Notes under the pieces: generated by a model
Database searches by the model: none
The model's input: the letters and a program-made list of their open reading frames with translations, nothing else
What the model was told of the DNA's origin: nothing
Program-made: the position numbers and the translations under genes
Source: Treponema sp. UBA3662
GTDB taxonomy: Bacteria; Spirochaetota; Spirochaetia; Treponematales; Treponemataceae
Assembly: GCA_002373205.1 (NCBI GenBank)
Contig: DFJV01000142.1
Span: 1 to 53,258, forward strand
Reading direction: 5' to 3'
DNA length: 53,258 nucleotides
Shown: one piece after another, positions 9,655 through 19,458 of the stretch
Layout: every line of letters begins with the position of its first letter
Position numbering within the stretch: the first letter of the stretch is position 1

Positions 9655-11913
9655 ATGAAAAAAGTAATTGCATTTGCCACAGCCCTTTTACTGGCCCCTG
9701 TATTCTTTATAAGCTGCACGAAAAAATCAGACAAAGAAATAAAAAGCGAAAGTTCCCAAGAAGAAGCATCCGATTCAAAAACGGAAGAAAGTGATGGTAA
9801 AAAAGAAACCCCAGCTGAATCTGCAAAAGCCGAAAAAGAGATAGTCTGGTTTGGCTCAGAAAGCACCCCCTTTGACAAGGCAAGCCTAACCGATGCACCT
9901 ACAAGCTTTTCTGAATTTTCTACGGTTCTTGCAATCGGTGACAAGATTGTAATTCCGCAAGAGTGTGATGTATACAAATCGCCCAACAGCCAAGCCTTTA
10001 AGGAAAGCCCCGGAAAGCTAAAGGAAGGAAGCACAGTGCACCTGCTTTACCAAGACCAAGACAAAAACTGGCTCTGCTTTGTAGACGAAAAAGGCAACAG
10101 TGCCTGGGCAAAAACATCAATTCCTTTTAAGCAAAGGCAGTACACAAGCAAGGACAGCATAATCCGAAAACTATGGGAAAAAGACGGCTTTGATCTTGCG
10201 GCATTCAGTCCAGACGGAAAAACTGTCGCCTTCCACCGCTGGGATTACCGCTTTAGCTCGGAAAAGGGACTTTGTGTTTGCGACAGGGCAACAGGAGAGG
10301 AGCTTTTTGTAACAGAGGCAAAACCACGCAGCCGCATTGCCATGGCATATTCCCCAGACGGCGAATACATTTATTATGTTAGGGACGACAAATATTTAAT
10401 GCAGGTTTGCATAAAAGACAAGACCCAAAAAGACCTTGGCAGCCCTACACCCTACCAGGCTTCAATAAACGACCACTCTGAATTCCTACAGAGCATACAC
10501 CCGCTTCCCGACGGAGAAAACATACTCTGCGGCGTATACTATGAATCTTGGGCAATGTACAACCTAAAGACCCAATCGTGGACCTACAAAACAGGCGGCG
10601 ACTTTATGTGGGCAAACAGCTTTGCCTTTTCCCCGGACGGAAAATACATAGCAGGCAGCGCAGGAAACCCTACAGACCTCTGCGTGTGGAAAATGGACAC
10701 AAGGGAAATTGTCTGGCAAAAAATGCGCGACTTTGGCGGAGACCTGTATTATTCTGCGGACGGCAAAACCTTGTACGTGGTTAACGGAACAGGAATCACT
10801 GCACTAAATGCTTTGACAGGTGAAGAAATTTCCAAGACCTACATAGAATTTCCCTACCACTACAACATTTATTCTTGGCAGGTAATTCCCAAAAAAGACC
10901 GCGTCTTGTTTACAGTCAACGAAGAAAAGACAGGGCAATACGACAGCGAGCACGGACTTACCTACCTTTATGTCTATGAACTTTCAACAGGCAAGCTTGT
11001 TCAGGCTGAACACATAGAAGACGAGGGCAAAAAAATAGAGGCACTTGCAATAAGCCCGGACGGAAAATACATCTCAATAAGGATAAAAGACGGAAGCCAC
11101 GTAAATGAATGCCACCAGGTAATATGCGCGGTAAACCTGGACAAGAAGGCAAAAGAAATGCCCAGTGTAAAGCGTAGCAAGGATGAAGAAAAAAGCAGAA
11201 GATTCCTTCTTGAAAATTCCTTTACAGCCGGCTGGTGGAGGCTAAGCTTTTACCCGAACGGAGTATACGGTCTTTGGGCCAGGCACGACGGTACCATGAC
11301 AGGCAACTGGATTCTTAAAAAGAGCGAAAATCGCGAGGGGTACTATGAAGTTGAACTTTCCACGCCCATGCACGGAGGAAAGGAAGAACCCTATTCCTTT
11401 ACCAACCAGTACAACATGCAGGCTTCTTTTCCGGGAGAATACATGGTCTATCCCGATTACGAGGATTTTGACTGCAAGGGTTCACTCGGAGCTTATGACG
11501 ATGGTGACCCCATACTTCAGAGCGAAAGGCCAAGCCCCGCATGGAAGACCTACTATTACAAAGGAGAAAATGTGCTAAAGTATCCGGGCTGGGGTGACAA
11601 AGACGCAAAATACCTTACGGTTCTTGAAAACACAAAGATGAGGAAAGAACCTTCCCTTAACGCAGAAACAGTCTCGCTTGCATATTATGACTACAAAAAT
11701 GAAAAATACATAGAAAGCAGAAACGTTGTCTATGCAGGACAGGTAATCCGAATCATTGGCGCAACAGAAAGAAAAGAGACCATAGACGGAAAAACCGCCC
11801 CCTGGTACTTGATTTACGAGGATGACCACAACGGCGGAGAGTTTACGGAAGGAAGCCTTGTCTGGGTGTACGGAGGCTACAGTTACGAAAGCAACATGAA
11901 AGACGCAAAGTAA
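9655..11913 (+). CDS. Lipoprotein with SH3-like domains flanking a WD40-like beta-propeller
   Basis: FFIS-C lipobox; repeated FSPDGK/YSPDGE/ISPDGK blades; C-terminal MRKEPS...ETIDGKTAPWY...WVYGGY SH3-like motif. Confidence 0.8.
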   Translation: MKKVIAFATALLLAPVFFISCTKKSDKEIKSESSQEEASDSKTEESDGKKETPAESAKAEKEIVWFGSESTPFDKASLTDAPTSFSEFSTVLAIGDKIVIPQECDVYKSPNSQAFKESPGKLKEGSTVHLLYQDQDKNWLCFVDEKGNSAWAKTSIPFKQRQYTSKDSIIRKLWEKDGFDLAAFSPDGKTVAFHRWDYRFSSEKGLCVCDRATGEELFVTEAKPRSRIAMAYSPDGEYIYYVRDDKYLMQVCIKDKTQKDLGSPTPYQASINDHSEFLQSIHPLPDGENILCGVYYESWAMYNLKTQSWTYKTGGDFMWANSFAFSPDGKYIAGSAGNPTDLCVWKMDTREIVWQKMRDFGGDLYYSADGKTLYVVNGTGITALNALTGEEISKTYIEFPYHYNIYSWQVIPKKDRVLFTVNEEKTGQYDSEHGLTYLYVYELSTGKLVQAEHIEDEGKKIEALAISPDGKYISIRIKDGSHVNECHQVICAVNLDKKAKEMPSVKRSKDEEKSRRFLLENSFTAGWWRLSFYPNGVYGLWARHDGTMTGNWILKKSENREGYYEVELSTPMHGGKEEPYSFTNQYNMQASFPGEYMVYPDYEDFDCKGSLGAYDDGDPILQSERPSPAWKTYYYKGENVLKYPGWGDKDAKYLTVLENTKMRKEPSLNAETVSLAYYDYKNEKYIESRNVVYAGQVIRIIGATERKETIDGKTAPWYLIYEDDHNGGEFTEGSLVWVYGGYSYESNMKDAK

Positions 11914-12004
11914 AAGAAATGATTTGCAAATATTGCAAAAATGCGCTATCTTTATGCGGTACCTTAATTTTTAATTTTATGAACAGAGCCAAAAGGAGTT
12001 ACGC

Positions 12005-13219
12005 ATGCTTACATTAGACAAAGTGTTTGATGCCCAAAGAGTTTTAAAAAATATCGTAAGAGAGACAAGCTGCGTAAGGGCTAGCGGAATTGCCCCGGGA
12101 GTAGACCTGTGGCTTAAGCCGGAGAACCTCCAGAACACAGGTTCATTTAAGCTTAGGGGTTCAGGCTACAAGATGGCAAACCTTACCGAAGAGGAAAAAA
12201 AGCGGGGCGTAGTTGCCTGTTCAGCTGGAAACCATGCCCAGGGGGTTGCGCTTGCGGCTTCCAAGCAGGGAATAAAATCTGTAATATGCCTTCCTGACAG
12301 CGCACCCATTTCCAAGATAGAAGCTACAAAATCTTACGGTGCAGAAGTGTGTCTTGTTGAAGGGGTTTATGACGATGCCTACAACAAGGCCCTTGAACTT
12401 AGGGACAGCATGGGCTACACCTTTGTTCACCCCTTTGATGACGAAGACGTTATTGCAGGCCAAGGCACGATTGCTTTGGAAATATTCAAGGACCTGGACG
12501 ACATAGACGCAATCATCGTTCCGGTTGGCGGCGGTGGACTTATATCCGGAATTGCATGCGCGGTAAAACAAATAAGGCCATCGGTAAAGGTTTACGGTGT
12601 TCAGGCATCTGGTGCTCCGTCCATGGTAAAGTCAATAGGCGGGGGTGCTATAGAAAGGCTTCCTTCCGTAATGACAATAGCAGACGGAATTGCGGTAAAA
12701 CAGCCGGGCGAAAACACCTTCCGCTACGTAAAGGAATACGTGGACGACATGGCCGTTGTAACAGAAGACGAGATTTGTTCTGCAATACTTACCCTGATTG
12801 AAAAGCAGAAAATGGTTGCAGAAGGTGCGGGTGCAGTATCTGTTGCCGCTGCCATGTTCAACAAATTTCCAGTGCAGGGCAAAAAAATCGTGAGCGTTGT
12901 TTCCGGCGGCAACATTGACGTAACAATTCTTTCAAGAATCATAAAGCGCGGCCTTATGAAGTCTGGCCGTGTTACAAACCTTTTGATAGAACTCATCGAC
13001 AAACCGGGACAGCTAAAGGAAGTTTCCAGAATCATTGCGGACTTGGGCGGAAACGTTACGAGCGTTCACCACGAAAGGGCTGGCGACACGGAAAACATAA
13101 ACGGCTGCTACCTTAGGGTCTCTATGGAAACCCGCGACTATGACCATGTTAACGCCATCAAAAACGCATTGAAGGACGAAGGCTTAAAAGTAGTTGATTC
13201 AATAAAATTTGATGTTTAG
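12005..13219 (+). CDS. ilvA: Threonine ammonia-lyase with C-terminal ACT domain
   Basis: KPENLQNTGSFKLRG, SAGNHAQG, VGGGGL, SGGNID and the ACT-type DKPGQL. Confidence 0.95.
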   Translation: MLTLDKVFDAQRVLKNIVRETSCVRASGIAPGVDLWLKPENLQNTGSFKLRGSGYKMANLTEEEKKRGVVACSAGNHAQGVALAASKQGIKSVICLPDSAPISKIEATKSYGAEVCLVEGVYDDAYNKALELRDSMGYTFVHPFDDEDVIAGQGTIALEIFKDLDDIDAIIVPVGGGGLISGIACAVKQIRPSVKVYGVQASGAPSMVKSIGGGAIERLPSVMTIADGIAVKQPGENTFRYVKEYVDDMAVVTEDEICSAILTLIEKQKMVAEGAGAVSVAAAMFNKFPVQGKKIVSVVSGGNIDVTILSRIIKRGLMKSGRVTNLLIELIDKPGQLKEVSRIIADLGGNVTSVHHERAGDTENINGCYLRVSMETRDYDHVNAIKNALKDEGLKVVDSIKFDV

Positions 13220-13257
13220 CACGCAAGTAATTTTATAGGATAGAAAGGAGAAAAAAA

Positions 13258-13629
13258 ATGAAGACAGTTTCCACACCAAACGCACCGGCGGCAATAGGCC
13301 CCTACTCCCAGGCAAAGATTGTAAACGGACTTGTATTCTGCTCAGGGCAGATTCCTATTAACCCCGCAAGCGGAGCAATTGAGGCTTCTACAATCGAAGA
13401 GCAGACAAGACAGGCCTGCCTTAACGTAAAGGCTCTTTTGGAAGTAGCAGGCTCGGATTTGACTAAGGTATTAAAGACCACCTGCTTTTTGGCAAACATG
13501 AGCGACTTTGCGGCATTCAATGGAGTATACGCTGAATACTTTACAGAAAAACCAGCAAGAAGCTGCGTTGCGGTAAAGGACATTCCCAAGGGAGCTCTTT
13601 GCGAAATAGAAGTTATCGCAGAAGTGTAA
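13258..13629 (+). CDS. ridA: RidA-family enamine/imine deaminase
   Basis: APAAIGPYSQA, SGQIP, FNGVYAEYF, PARSCVAV and EIEVIA; adjacent to threonine dehydratase. Confidence 0.95.
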   Translation: MKTVSTPNAPAAIGPYSQAKIVNGLVFCSGQIPINPASGAIEASTIEEQTRQACLNVKALLEVAGSDLTKVLKTTCFLANMSDFAAFNGVYAEYFTEKPARSCVAVKDIPKGALCEIEVIAEV

Positions 13630-13680
13630 TTTGCAGTGACCGTTATGTTAGCAAGGGCAACTTTATCTTTTGCAAATTAA

Positions 13681-13760
13681 GCCTACCCCCGATTGGAAGG
13701 GTGGCGCAGCCAGACCGCCGCAAGGCGGGCCGGAGCGAAAGCGTAGCCCTGCAAAGCGGG
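13681..13760 (+). repeat. Minimal ~80-bp core of the A/B/C repeat family
   Basis: gcctacccccgattggaaggg...ccgccgcaaggcggg...ccctgcaaagcggg matches the ends of the 39351 and 47125-47204 copies. Confidence 0.8.
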
Positions 13761-13803
13761 TTATCAGAAAAAACTTGGTCCAAAAAAAAAGAAAAAACTC
13801 TTA

Positions 13804-13832
13804 TTGAAAAAAAGGGCGAGTTAAAATATACT
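13804..13832 (+). promoter_or_regulatory. Sigma-70-type promoter ending 7 nt before the azlC ATG (leaderless-like)
   Basis: TTGAAA-N17-TATACT, then gtcgcac-ATG; no SD. Confidence 0.7.
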
Positions 13833-13839
13833 GTCGCAC

Positions 13840-15069
13840 ATGAACAGAGCTTTTGCGCGCGAGGCTGCATCTTATACGACTCCTATCTTTTTTGGCTATG
13901 TGGCAATCGGCATTCCCCTTGGCCTTATGGTGGTAAACGCAGGCTACCCCTGGTGGCTTGCACTTGTGATGGGACTTTTTATGTACAGCGGAGCAGGCGA
14001 ATACGTTGCAATCGGGCTATTTGCGGCGGGGGCAAGCCTTGCAGAAATTGTCATAACGGAATTCTTTGTAAACATAAGGCACATTGTCTACGGTCTTTCG
14101 CTAATAGAAAAATGCCGGGGCTGCAAAAAGTGGAAGCCATTCATAATCTATTGGCTTACGGACGAAACTTATGCCCTTTTGTGCTCAACGGAAATTCCTG
14201 CCAGGGCAGAAAAAGGCCCCTTCCTTGGAACAATAGCCTTCCTTGATTTTTTTTACTGGGTGCTTGGAAGCGTCATTGGGGCTTTGGCATGCAACGTCCT
14301 TCGGCACTTTAACCTTGCCCAATATCTTAACGGTGTAGACTTTGCGCTTTCTGCCTTGTTTGCGGTAATCCTTTGCGGGCAGATTGGGGGCGGAATTTTG
14401 GAGGCAAAAAAAGCCGGCAAAACCGGGACTGCAAAATCCATCCGTGAACCCTTTGTTGAACCCTTTGTGCCAGCTGCAATTGGAATTGCCACCTGCGTAC
14501 TTGCGGTCCTTCTTTTTAAGGTTGGACTTGTGCCTTCCTCAAACATAATTTTTCTTTCTATATTAATGGGAATTGCGCTAATCGTTCTTTTTAGGGGCAT
14601 AACATTCTATTCGGAAAGGGGGCAGTCTGCAAAGACGGCAATACTTATTGCACTTTCCGCAATGATTCTAGCAGGCATTGTATTTGCGGCAGGGCTTTTC
14701 CAGATTAAGACTTCGGGAAGTGCGGATTCAGCCATAAAAGAAAAGCTTCCGCTTGCACTTGTAATAGTTGCAATTTTTATCTGCGGGGCAATCATTTTCT
14801 TTGAGCGCTCATTTTCTTTCCTTTTGTTCAGCAGGAAAGAACCACCGCCACTCATCAAGTTCATAGAAAAATACATACCGTCCATGATAATTGCAATTCT
14901 TCTGGTCTACTGCTTTAAGGACATAAAACTTGTGGCCTTTCCCTACGGGCTTCCTGCATTCGCGGGGCTTTTCTTTGCGGTCCTTGTGAACCTTGCCGTA
15001 AAGAATTCAATGGTAAGCATTTTTGGGGCAACCGCACTCTATATGATTCTTTCCGCAGTCATGGTTTAA
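13840..15069 (+). CDS. Fused AzlC-AzlD branched-chain amino-acid exporter
   Basis: N-part: PIFFGY, YSGAGE, NIRHIVYG, LTDETYA, FFYWVLGS (AzlC); C-part: ERSFSFLLF, YIPSMIIAILLVYCF, SIFGATALYM (AzlD). Confidence 0.85.
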   Translation: MNRAFAREAASYTTPIFFGYVAIGIPLGLMVVNAGYPWWLALVMGLFMYSGAGEYVAIGLFAAGASLAEIVITEFFVNIRHIVYGLSLIEKCRGCKKWKPFIIYWLTDETYALLCSTEIPARAEKGPFLGTIAFLDFFYWVLGSVIGALACNVLRHFNLAQYLNGVDFALSALFAVILCGQIGGGILEAKKAGKTGTAKSIREPFVEPFVPAAIGIATCVLAVLLFKVGLVPSSNIIFLSILMGIALIVLFRGITFYSERGQSAKTAILIALSAMILAGIVFAAGLFQIKTSGSADSAIKEKLPLALVIVAIFICGAIIFFERSFSFLLFSRKEPPPLIKFIEKYIPSMIIAILLVYCFKDIKLVAFPYGLPAFAGLFFAVLVNLAVKNSMVSIFGATALYMILSAVMV

Positions 15070-15100
15070 AACTACTCGGGCAAACTTCGAGTTTTATATT

Positions 15101-15247
15101 TGCAGCAGAAAAATTGGCTCCCAGCGGTTTTTGCCCCGAAAAAAGGCTTCCGCGCTATCCCTTCGGGCACGCCGAACGCACTTGCTACGCCGTGTGTGCA
15201 GAATTTTTTTCGGGTCAAAAATCGCTTCCGCCAATTTTTCTGCTGCA
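15101..15247. repeat. 147-bp nested palindromic element between convergent azlCD and recQ
   Basis: Perfect 18-bp arms tgcagcagaaaaattggc / gccaatttttctgctgca enclosing a second long imperfect stem. Confidence 0.85.
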
Positions 15248-15269
15248 CTACGGAAACACGAAATTGGAC

Positions 15270-17192
15270 CTATTCATTCTTTATAATCCTAAGGATGTCT
15301 TTCCAGAAACGCTCAGCCTTTGCCGAACCTATTCCGTAGCAGTCCATAAGCTGGGGCAGAGAGGAGGGCTTTCTGCTTGCAATGTCGTAAAGTGTCTTGT
15401 CCCCAAAGATAACGTAGGGTGGCACATTTATCTCGTCGGCAGTTTTTCTTCTCCAAGAGCGCAGGTCGTTTGCAATGCGAAGGGCTTCGTCATCGTCTGC
15501 AATGTCATCGGCAGTTTTGTATGCTTTCTTTGGGAATGCCATTGCAGGAAGAGCCTTTTTGCCGCCGGTAAATTCAACTGGAAGGAAGACAGGCTTTCTG
15601 TTTTTTAAGGCATCAAGACCCATTTCCGTTAGCGCAAGGGTTCCGTAGTCGCCGCATTTTTCTATGTAACCGGAAGCGATAAGGCAGGAATTCAGCTCAA
15701 GCCAGTCCTGTTTGCTAAGCTCACGCCCAATTCCCCAGGTAGAAAGCTGGTCGTCTCCGTTATCCACAATGCGCTTGTTCTTGGAACCAAGAAGAACATC
15801 GATTATGTATTGAGCACCAAACCTTTGCCTTGTGCGCAGTATGCAGGAAAGATATTTCTGGAAGGGAATTGTAACATCAGTGTTTTTTATTCCCCCGCGA
15901 AGACATATATCGCAGCAGCAGTCTTTTTCGCCCTGGGTGTAGGGTTCGCCAAAATAAGAAAGCAGCTGTTGCCTTCTGCATGTCTTTGCCTCCGCATAAG
16001 AAACCATTCCCTGAAGAAGCTTCTCTGCCTTTTGCGGATCGGCACTGTCTTCAAAAAAGTAGCGAAGCTTGTGAAGGTCGCCGTAGCTGTAAAGAAGAAG
16101 GGCTGTTGCAGGAAGACCGTCACGTCCTGCGCGTCCAATTTCCTGGTAATACTGTTCAATGGACTTTGGCATGTCGTAGTGCAGGACAAAGCGCACGTTG
16201 GGCTTGTTTATCCCCATTCCAAAGGCAAGGGTTGCAACCATCACATCCACCTTGTCCTGAATAAAAAGCTTCTGGTGCTGGCTTCTCTCTTCGTCGCTAA
16301 GGCCTGCATGGTAGTTGAGCACGCTTATCTTTTTTTGCTCAAGCTTTTCCGTAAGCTCGTCCACCTGTCTGCGGCTAAAGCAATAGATTATTCCGCTTTC
16401 CCCCTTATGCTCAAGAAGGAATCCCTGAACCTGTTCAAAAGGATTGTTCTTTTTGCGCACTTCCAAAAAAAGGTTGGGGCGGTCAAAGCTTGCCACAAGG
16501 ACTGCCGGGTTTTCAAGGCGCAGATGGCTTATTATGTCACCCTGAACCTGCTTGGTTGCGGTGGCAGTTAATGCAAGGCATACCGCACTCGGGAACTGTT
16601 CCCGTATGCAGGCAATCTCCATGTAGTCAGGACGGAAGTCGTGGCCCCATTCGCTAACACAATGAGCCTCGTCTATGGTAAGGCAGGAAAGCTGAACGTT
16701 CTCTGAATGAAGTATATCCTGAATGCGGCTTGTGCTAAGCCCCTCCGGCGAAACATAGAGCAGCTTGATTTTTCCCTGCCGGATAAGGTTCATCTTTTGC
16801 AGGTACTCGCTCCATTCCAGGGATGAATTAAGGAATACGGCTGGAATTCCCCAAGCCTCCAGCTGAGAAACCTGGTCCTGCATAAGTGCGATGAGAGGGG
16901 AAACAACAACCGTAAGCCCAGGAAGCAACATGGCCGGTATTTGGTAGCAGAGGGACTTTCCTCCGCCTGTTGGCATAACAGCAAGTGTGTCCCTGCCGTC
17001 AAGAACATTGGTAATAACCTCTTTTTGCAGCGGACGGAATGAATCGTAACCAAAAATTGACTTTAACACCTGTTCCGGCGTTTTGCAGTCGGCAAAGCTA
17101 TTGGACTGGTAGCAGTCTTCTACATAATCTTCGTCTTCGCCCGCAGAAAAAAGCATGGCTGCCTGTGAGGAAATGTTCCTGATGTGTGACAT
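15270..17192 (-). CDS. recQ: ATP-dependent DNA helicase RecQ
   Basis: MPTGGGKSLCYQ, DEAHCVSEWGHDFRP, QEIGRAGRDG, Zn-binding CRR/CCCDIC, RQC and HRDC; start placed at ATG 17192 (ORF track 17219). Confidence 0.96.
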   Translation of the reverse strand: MSHIRNISSQAAMLFSAGEDEDYVEDCYQSNSFADCKTPEQVLKSIFGYDSFRPLQKEVITNVLDGRDTLAVMPTGGGKSLCYQIPAMLLPGLTVVVSPLIALMQDQVSQLEAWGIPAVFLNSSLEWSEYLQKMNLIRQGKIKLLYVSPEGLSTSRIQDILHSENVQLSCLTIDEAHCVSEWGHDFRPDYMEIACIREQFPSAVCLALTATATKQVQGDIISHLRLENPAVLVASFDRPNLFLEVRKKNNPFEQVQGFLLEHKGESGIIYCFSRRQVDELTEKLEQKKISVLNYHAGLSDEERSQHQKLFIQDKVDVMVATLAFGMGINKPNVRFVLHYDMPKSIEQYYQEIGRAGRDGLPATALLLYSYGDLHKLRYFFEDSADPQKAEKLLQGMVSYAEAKTCRRQQLLSYFGEPYTQGEKDCCCDICLRGGIKNTDVTIPFQKYLSCILRTRQRFGAQYIIDVLLGSKNKRIVDNGDDQLSTWGIGRELSKQDWLELNSCLIASGYIEKCGDYGTLALTEMGLDALKNRKPVFLPVEFTGGKKALPAMAFPKKAYKTADDIADDDEALRIANDLRSWRRKTADEINVPPYVIFGDKTLYDIASRKPSSLPQLMDCYGIGSAKAERFWKDILRIIKNE

Positions 17193-17299
17193 AATAAGAT
17201 TATAATGAAGTTCCGTCATTTGTTAAACCCTAAAATTGTTGCCTTCCATGGAAATCAAGTTTGGGCTCCACTCCCAGAAAAAATTATTTGCATACCCCC

Positions 17300-17328
17300 T
17301 TGAACAAAGTGCGTTATTCTGCTATATT
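17300..17328 (+). promoter_or_regulatory. Sigma-70 promoter of tRNA-Leu
   Basis: TTGAAC-N17-TATATT with TG extension, 10 nt upstream of the tRNA. Confidence 0.7.
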
Positions 17329-17338
17329 TTTAATACTT

Positions 17339-17421
17339 GCCGGCTTGGTGGAATGGTAGACACGAAAGACTCAAAATCTTTTGCGCGCGAGCGTGTCTGA
17401 GTTCAAGTCTCAGAGCCGGTA
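17339..17421 (+). tRNA. tRNA-Leu (anticodon CAA), CCA not encoded
   Basis: Acceptor GCCGGCT/AGCCGGT+A, D-arm TGGTGGAATGGTAGACAC, anticodon arm AAAGA-CTCAAAA-TCTTT, long variable arm, T-arm CTGAG-TTCAAGT-CTCAG. Confidence 0.96.
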
Positions 17422-17426
17422 GTTCC

Positions 17427-17454
17427 AACCGGTGCCTTTGCATCGGTTTTTTTT
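17427..17454 (+). terminator. Rho-independent terminator after tRNA-Leu
   Basis: aaccggtgc-cttt-gcatcggtt followed by a T run. Confidence 0.8.
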
Positions 17455-17503
17455 ATTCACCTTAGAATCCACCCCAAAAGCCACCTGCCATCAAGCACAA
17501 AAA

Positions 17504-19183
17504 TCACATAAGAAGTCCCCCCTCACACTTACGGTAAGAAACCGCTTCTTGCATGGAAATGTCATCAATCAATTCCTTACCCGCAATGTCCGCAATAGTA
17601 CGCGAAAGCTTCATGCAGCTGCTAACAGCCCTTGGCGAAAAATCGTAACGCAAAGCGGCAGAATCAAGAAGCTCCCTTGCCTTGTCCGTCATCCTGCAAA
17701 ACAAAGTAACCTCCTCCGGCGAAAGCTTTGCATTCTTCTTACCCTGTCTTTCCCGCTGAACATTCACCGCATTTGCAACCCCCAGCCTAAGCTCTTCCAA
17801 GCTAAGCCCCTTCTTACCGCAAGACTTATCTTTTACAAGATCCACCTGAACACGAATGTCCACCCTGTCCAAAAGCGGCCCCGAAATCTTCTTCCAGTAC
17901 TGCTCAACCGAATGTGAAGAGCAAAGGCAGAGCCTGTCCCTTGAACCGTAAAAACCGCAGGGACATGGGTTTGTAGCCAACAAAAGCTGAAAGTCCGCCG
18001 GAAAAGTTGTAGACCGCCCCGCCCTGCTAAGAGTAACCCTACCGCTCTCCAAAGGAATCCTGAGCATCTGAAGCACACTGCTACGGAATTCCGCCGCCTC
18101 GTCCAAAAACAAAACCCCGTTGTGGGCAAGGCTTATCTCTCCTGGTGAACACCTGGGCCCACCTCCGCACATCCCTTCAATCGTGGCAGTCTGATGGGGC
18201 ATACGGAAAGGCGCTATCCTTATTGCAGGACTTTCAGGAGGCAGCAAACCCGCTATAGAATAAATTCTTGTAACACTCTGGGCTTCTTCCGGAGTAAGCA
18301 AAGGCACAAGAGAAGGAAAGCGCTGCAAAGACAAAGTTTTTCCGCAACCGGGAGGCCCAAAGGCAAGCACATTATGACCACCCGCAGCCGCAACCTGCAA
18401 AGCCCTTGTTAAAAACTCCTGTCCCTTTGCAACGGTTATGTCCAAATCTTCACCGGCATGGCAAAACCAAACGCCCCCTATGTTAACAGCCCCCACAGGC
18501 AAAAGGGAATCCTCACCCAAAGCAGATTCAGCACCCTTACCGCTAAAGGCATCCCTATTGTAAAGAGCATAAAATGCCTCTGTCAGATTCCTTGCACAAA
18601 AAACCTTGCTGCCGCAAACTTCCCTTGCCTCCCTTGCATTTGCTTCCGGCACAATACAAAGCTGAACCCCGCCAGCCACCGCCGTAGAAACCGCCGCATG
18701 AATTCCGCGCACAGGCCTAACCGCACCGTTAAGCTCAAGCTCACCCATAACAAGCACGCTGTCCCCGCTATCATCATCCGGTGCCACATCCGAATCAGCG
18801 GCCTCAGCAGAAGAAGCAAAAGCCACAGAATCAGAAGCAAGACCCGAAGCAGAATCATCAGAACCGCAAGCAGCATCCCCACCAGAAGCCCTTTCCCTAA
18901 AATCAAGACTCTTCTTTGCACTCAAAACCGCAAGCGCAACCGCAAGATCAAAACCAGCCCCCTCCTTCTTTAGGTCAGCAGGCGAAAGACTAATAAGCAC
19001 CCTCTCAGGCGGAAAATCAAAACCGCTGTTCCTTATGGCACTCCTCATCCGCTCACGGGACTCCTTAACAGCCCCATCCGCAAGCCCAACAATATCCACC
19101 GCAGGAATCCCCCGGCGAAGATCAACCTCCACTCTTACCAAAGACCCCTCATAACCAAATGGCGAAAAACTCAATATGTTCAT
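17504..19183 (-). CDS. comM: YifB/ComM Mg-chelatase-like AAA+ ATPase
   Basis: IVGLADGAVKESRER, LSPADLKKEG, GELELNG, GPPGCGKT, PGEISLAHNGVLFLDE, NPCPCG and ISGPLLDR. Confidence 0.93.
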   Translation of the reverse strand: MNILSFSPFGYEGSLVRVEVDLRRGIPAVDIVGLADGAVKESRERMRSAIRNSGFDFPPERVLISLSPADLKKEGAGFDLAVALAVLSAKKSLDFRERASGGDAACGSDDSASGLASDSVAFASSAEAADSDVAPDDDSGDSVLVMGELELNGAVRPVRGIHAAVSTAVAGGVQLCIVPEANAREAREVCGSKVFCARNLTEAFYALYNRDAFSGKGAESALGEDSLLPVGAVNIGGVWFCHAGEDLDITVAKGQEFLTRALQVAAAGGHNVLAFGPPGCGKTLSLQRFPSLVPLLTPEEAQSVTRIYSIAGLLPPESPAIRIAPFRMPHQTATIEGMCGGGPRCSPGEISLAHNGVLFLDEAAEFRSSVLQMLRIPLESGRVTLSRAGRSTTFPADFQLLLATNPCPCGFYGSRDRLCLCSSHSVEQYWKKISGPLLDRVDIRVQVDLVKDKSCGKKGLSLEELRLGVANAVNVQRERQGKKNAKLSPEEVTLFCRMTDKARELLDSAALRYDFSPRAVSSCMKLSRTIADIAGKELIDDISMQEAVSYRKCEGGLLM

Positions 19184-19260
19184 CTTTACTCCCTACATAT
19201 ATATGTGCTTTAAAAATTCAAGATGAGACACATTTGCGAATTTTTTTTGCAATATTTATC

Positions 19261-19407
19261 TGGACGAGCCTTGCACCGCTCTACCAAACGCTCTTTGGCT
19301 AACTCGGCCAACATGCCTCTGCGCCACCGCCGTTCCGGGGTTCCGCGGGCCCCTACCCGCTCCATTGCTCCGCAACCCGCTTCGCGGGCCCCTCCATGGC
19401 GGCGTAG
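19261..19407 (-). repeat. Family F structured repeat, copy 2
   Basis: Shares both ends with 932-1068 but has a different, nested hairpin interior. Confidence 0.85.
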
Positions 19408-19458
19408 GCTGGTGCGAAAAAATATGCAAAACATTCGCTTTTGTGCTATACTAAAAGA

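Noticed and set aside
13630-13800. T-box or riboswitch upstream of azlCD
   Set aside because: No T-box consensus; the structure belongs to the dispersed repeat family and lies upstream of the predicted promoter
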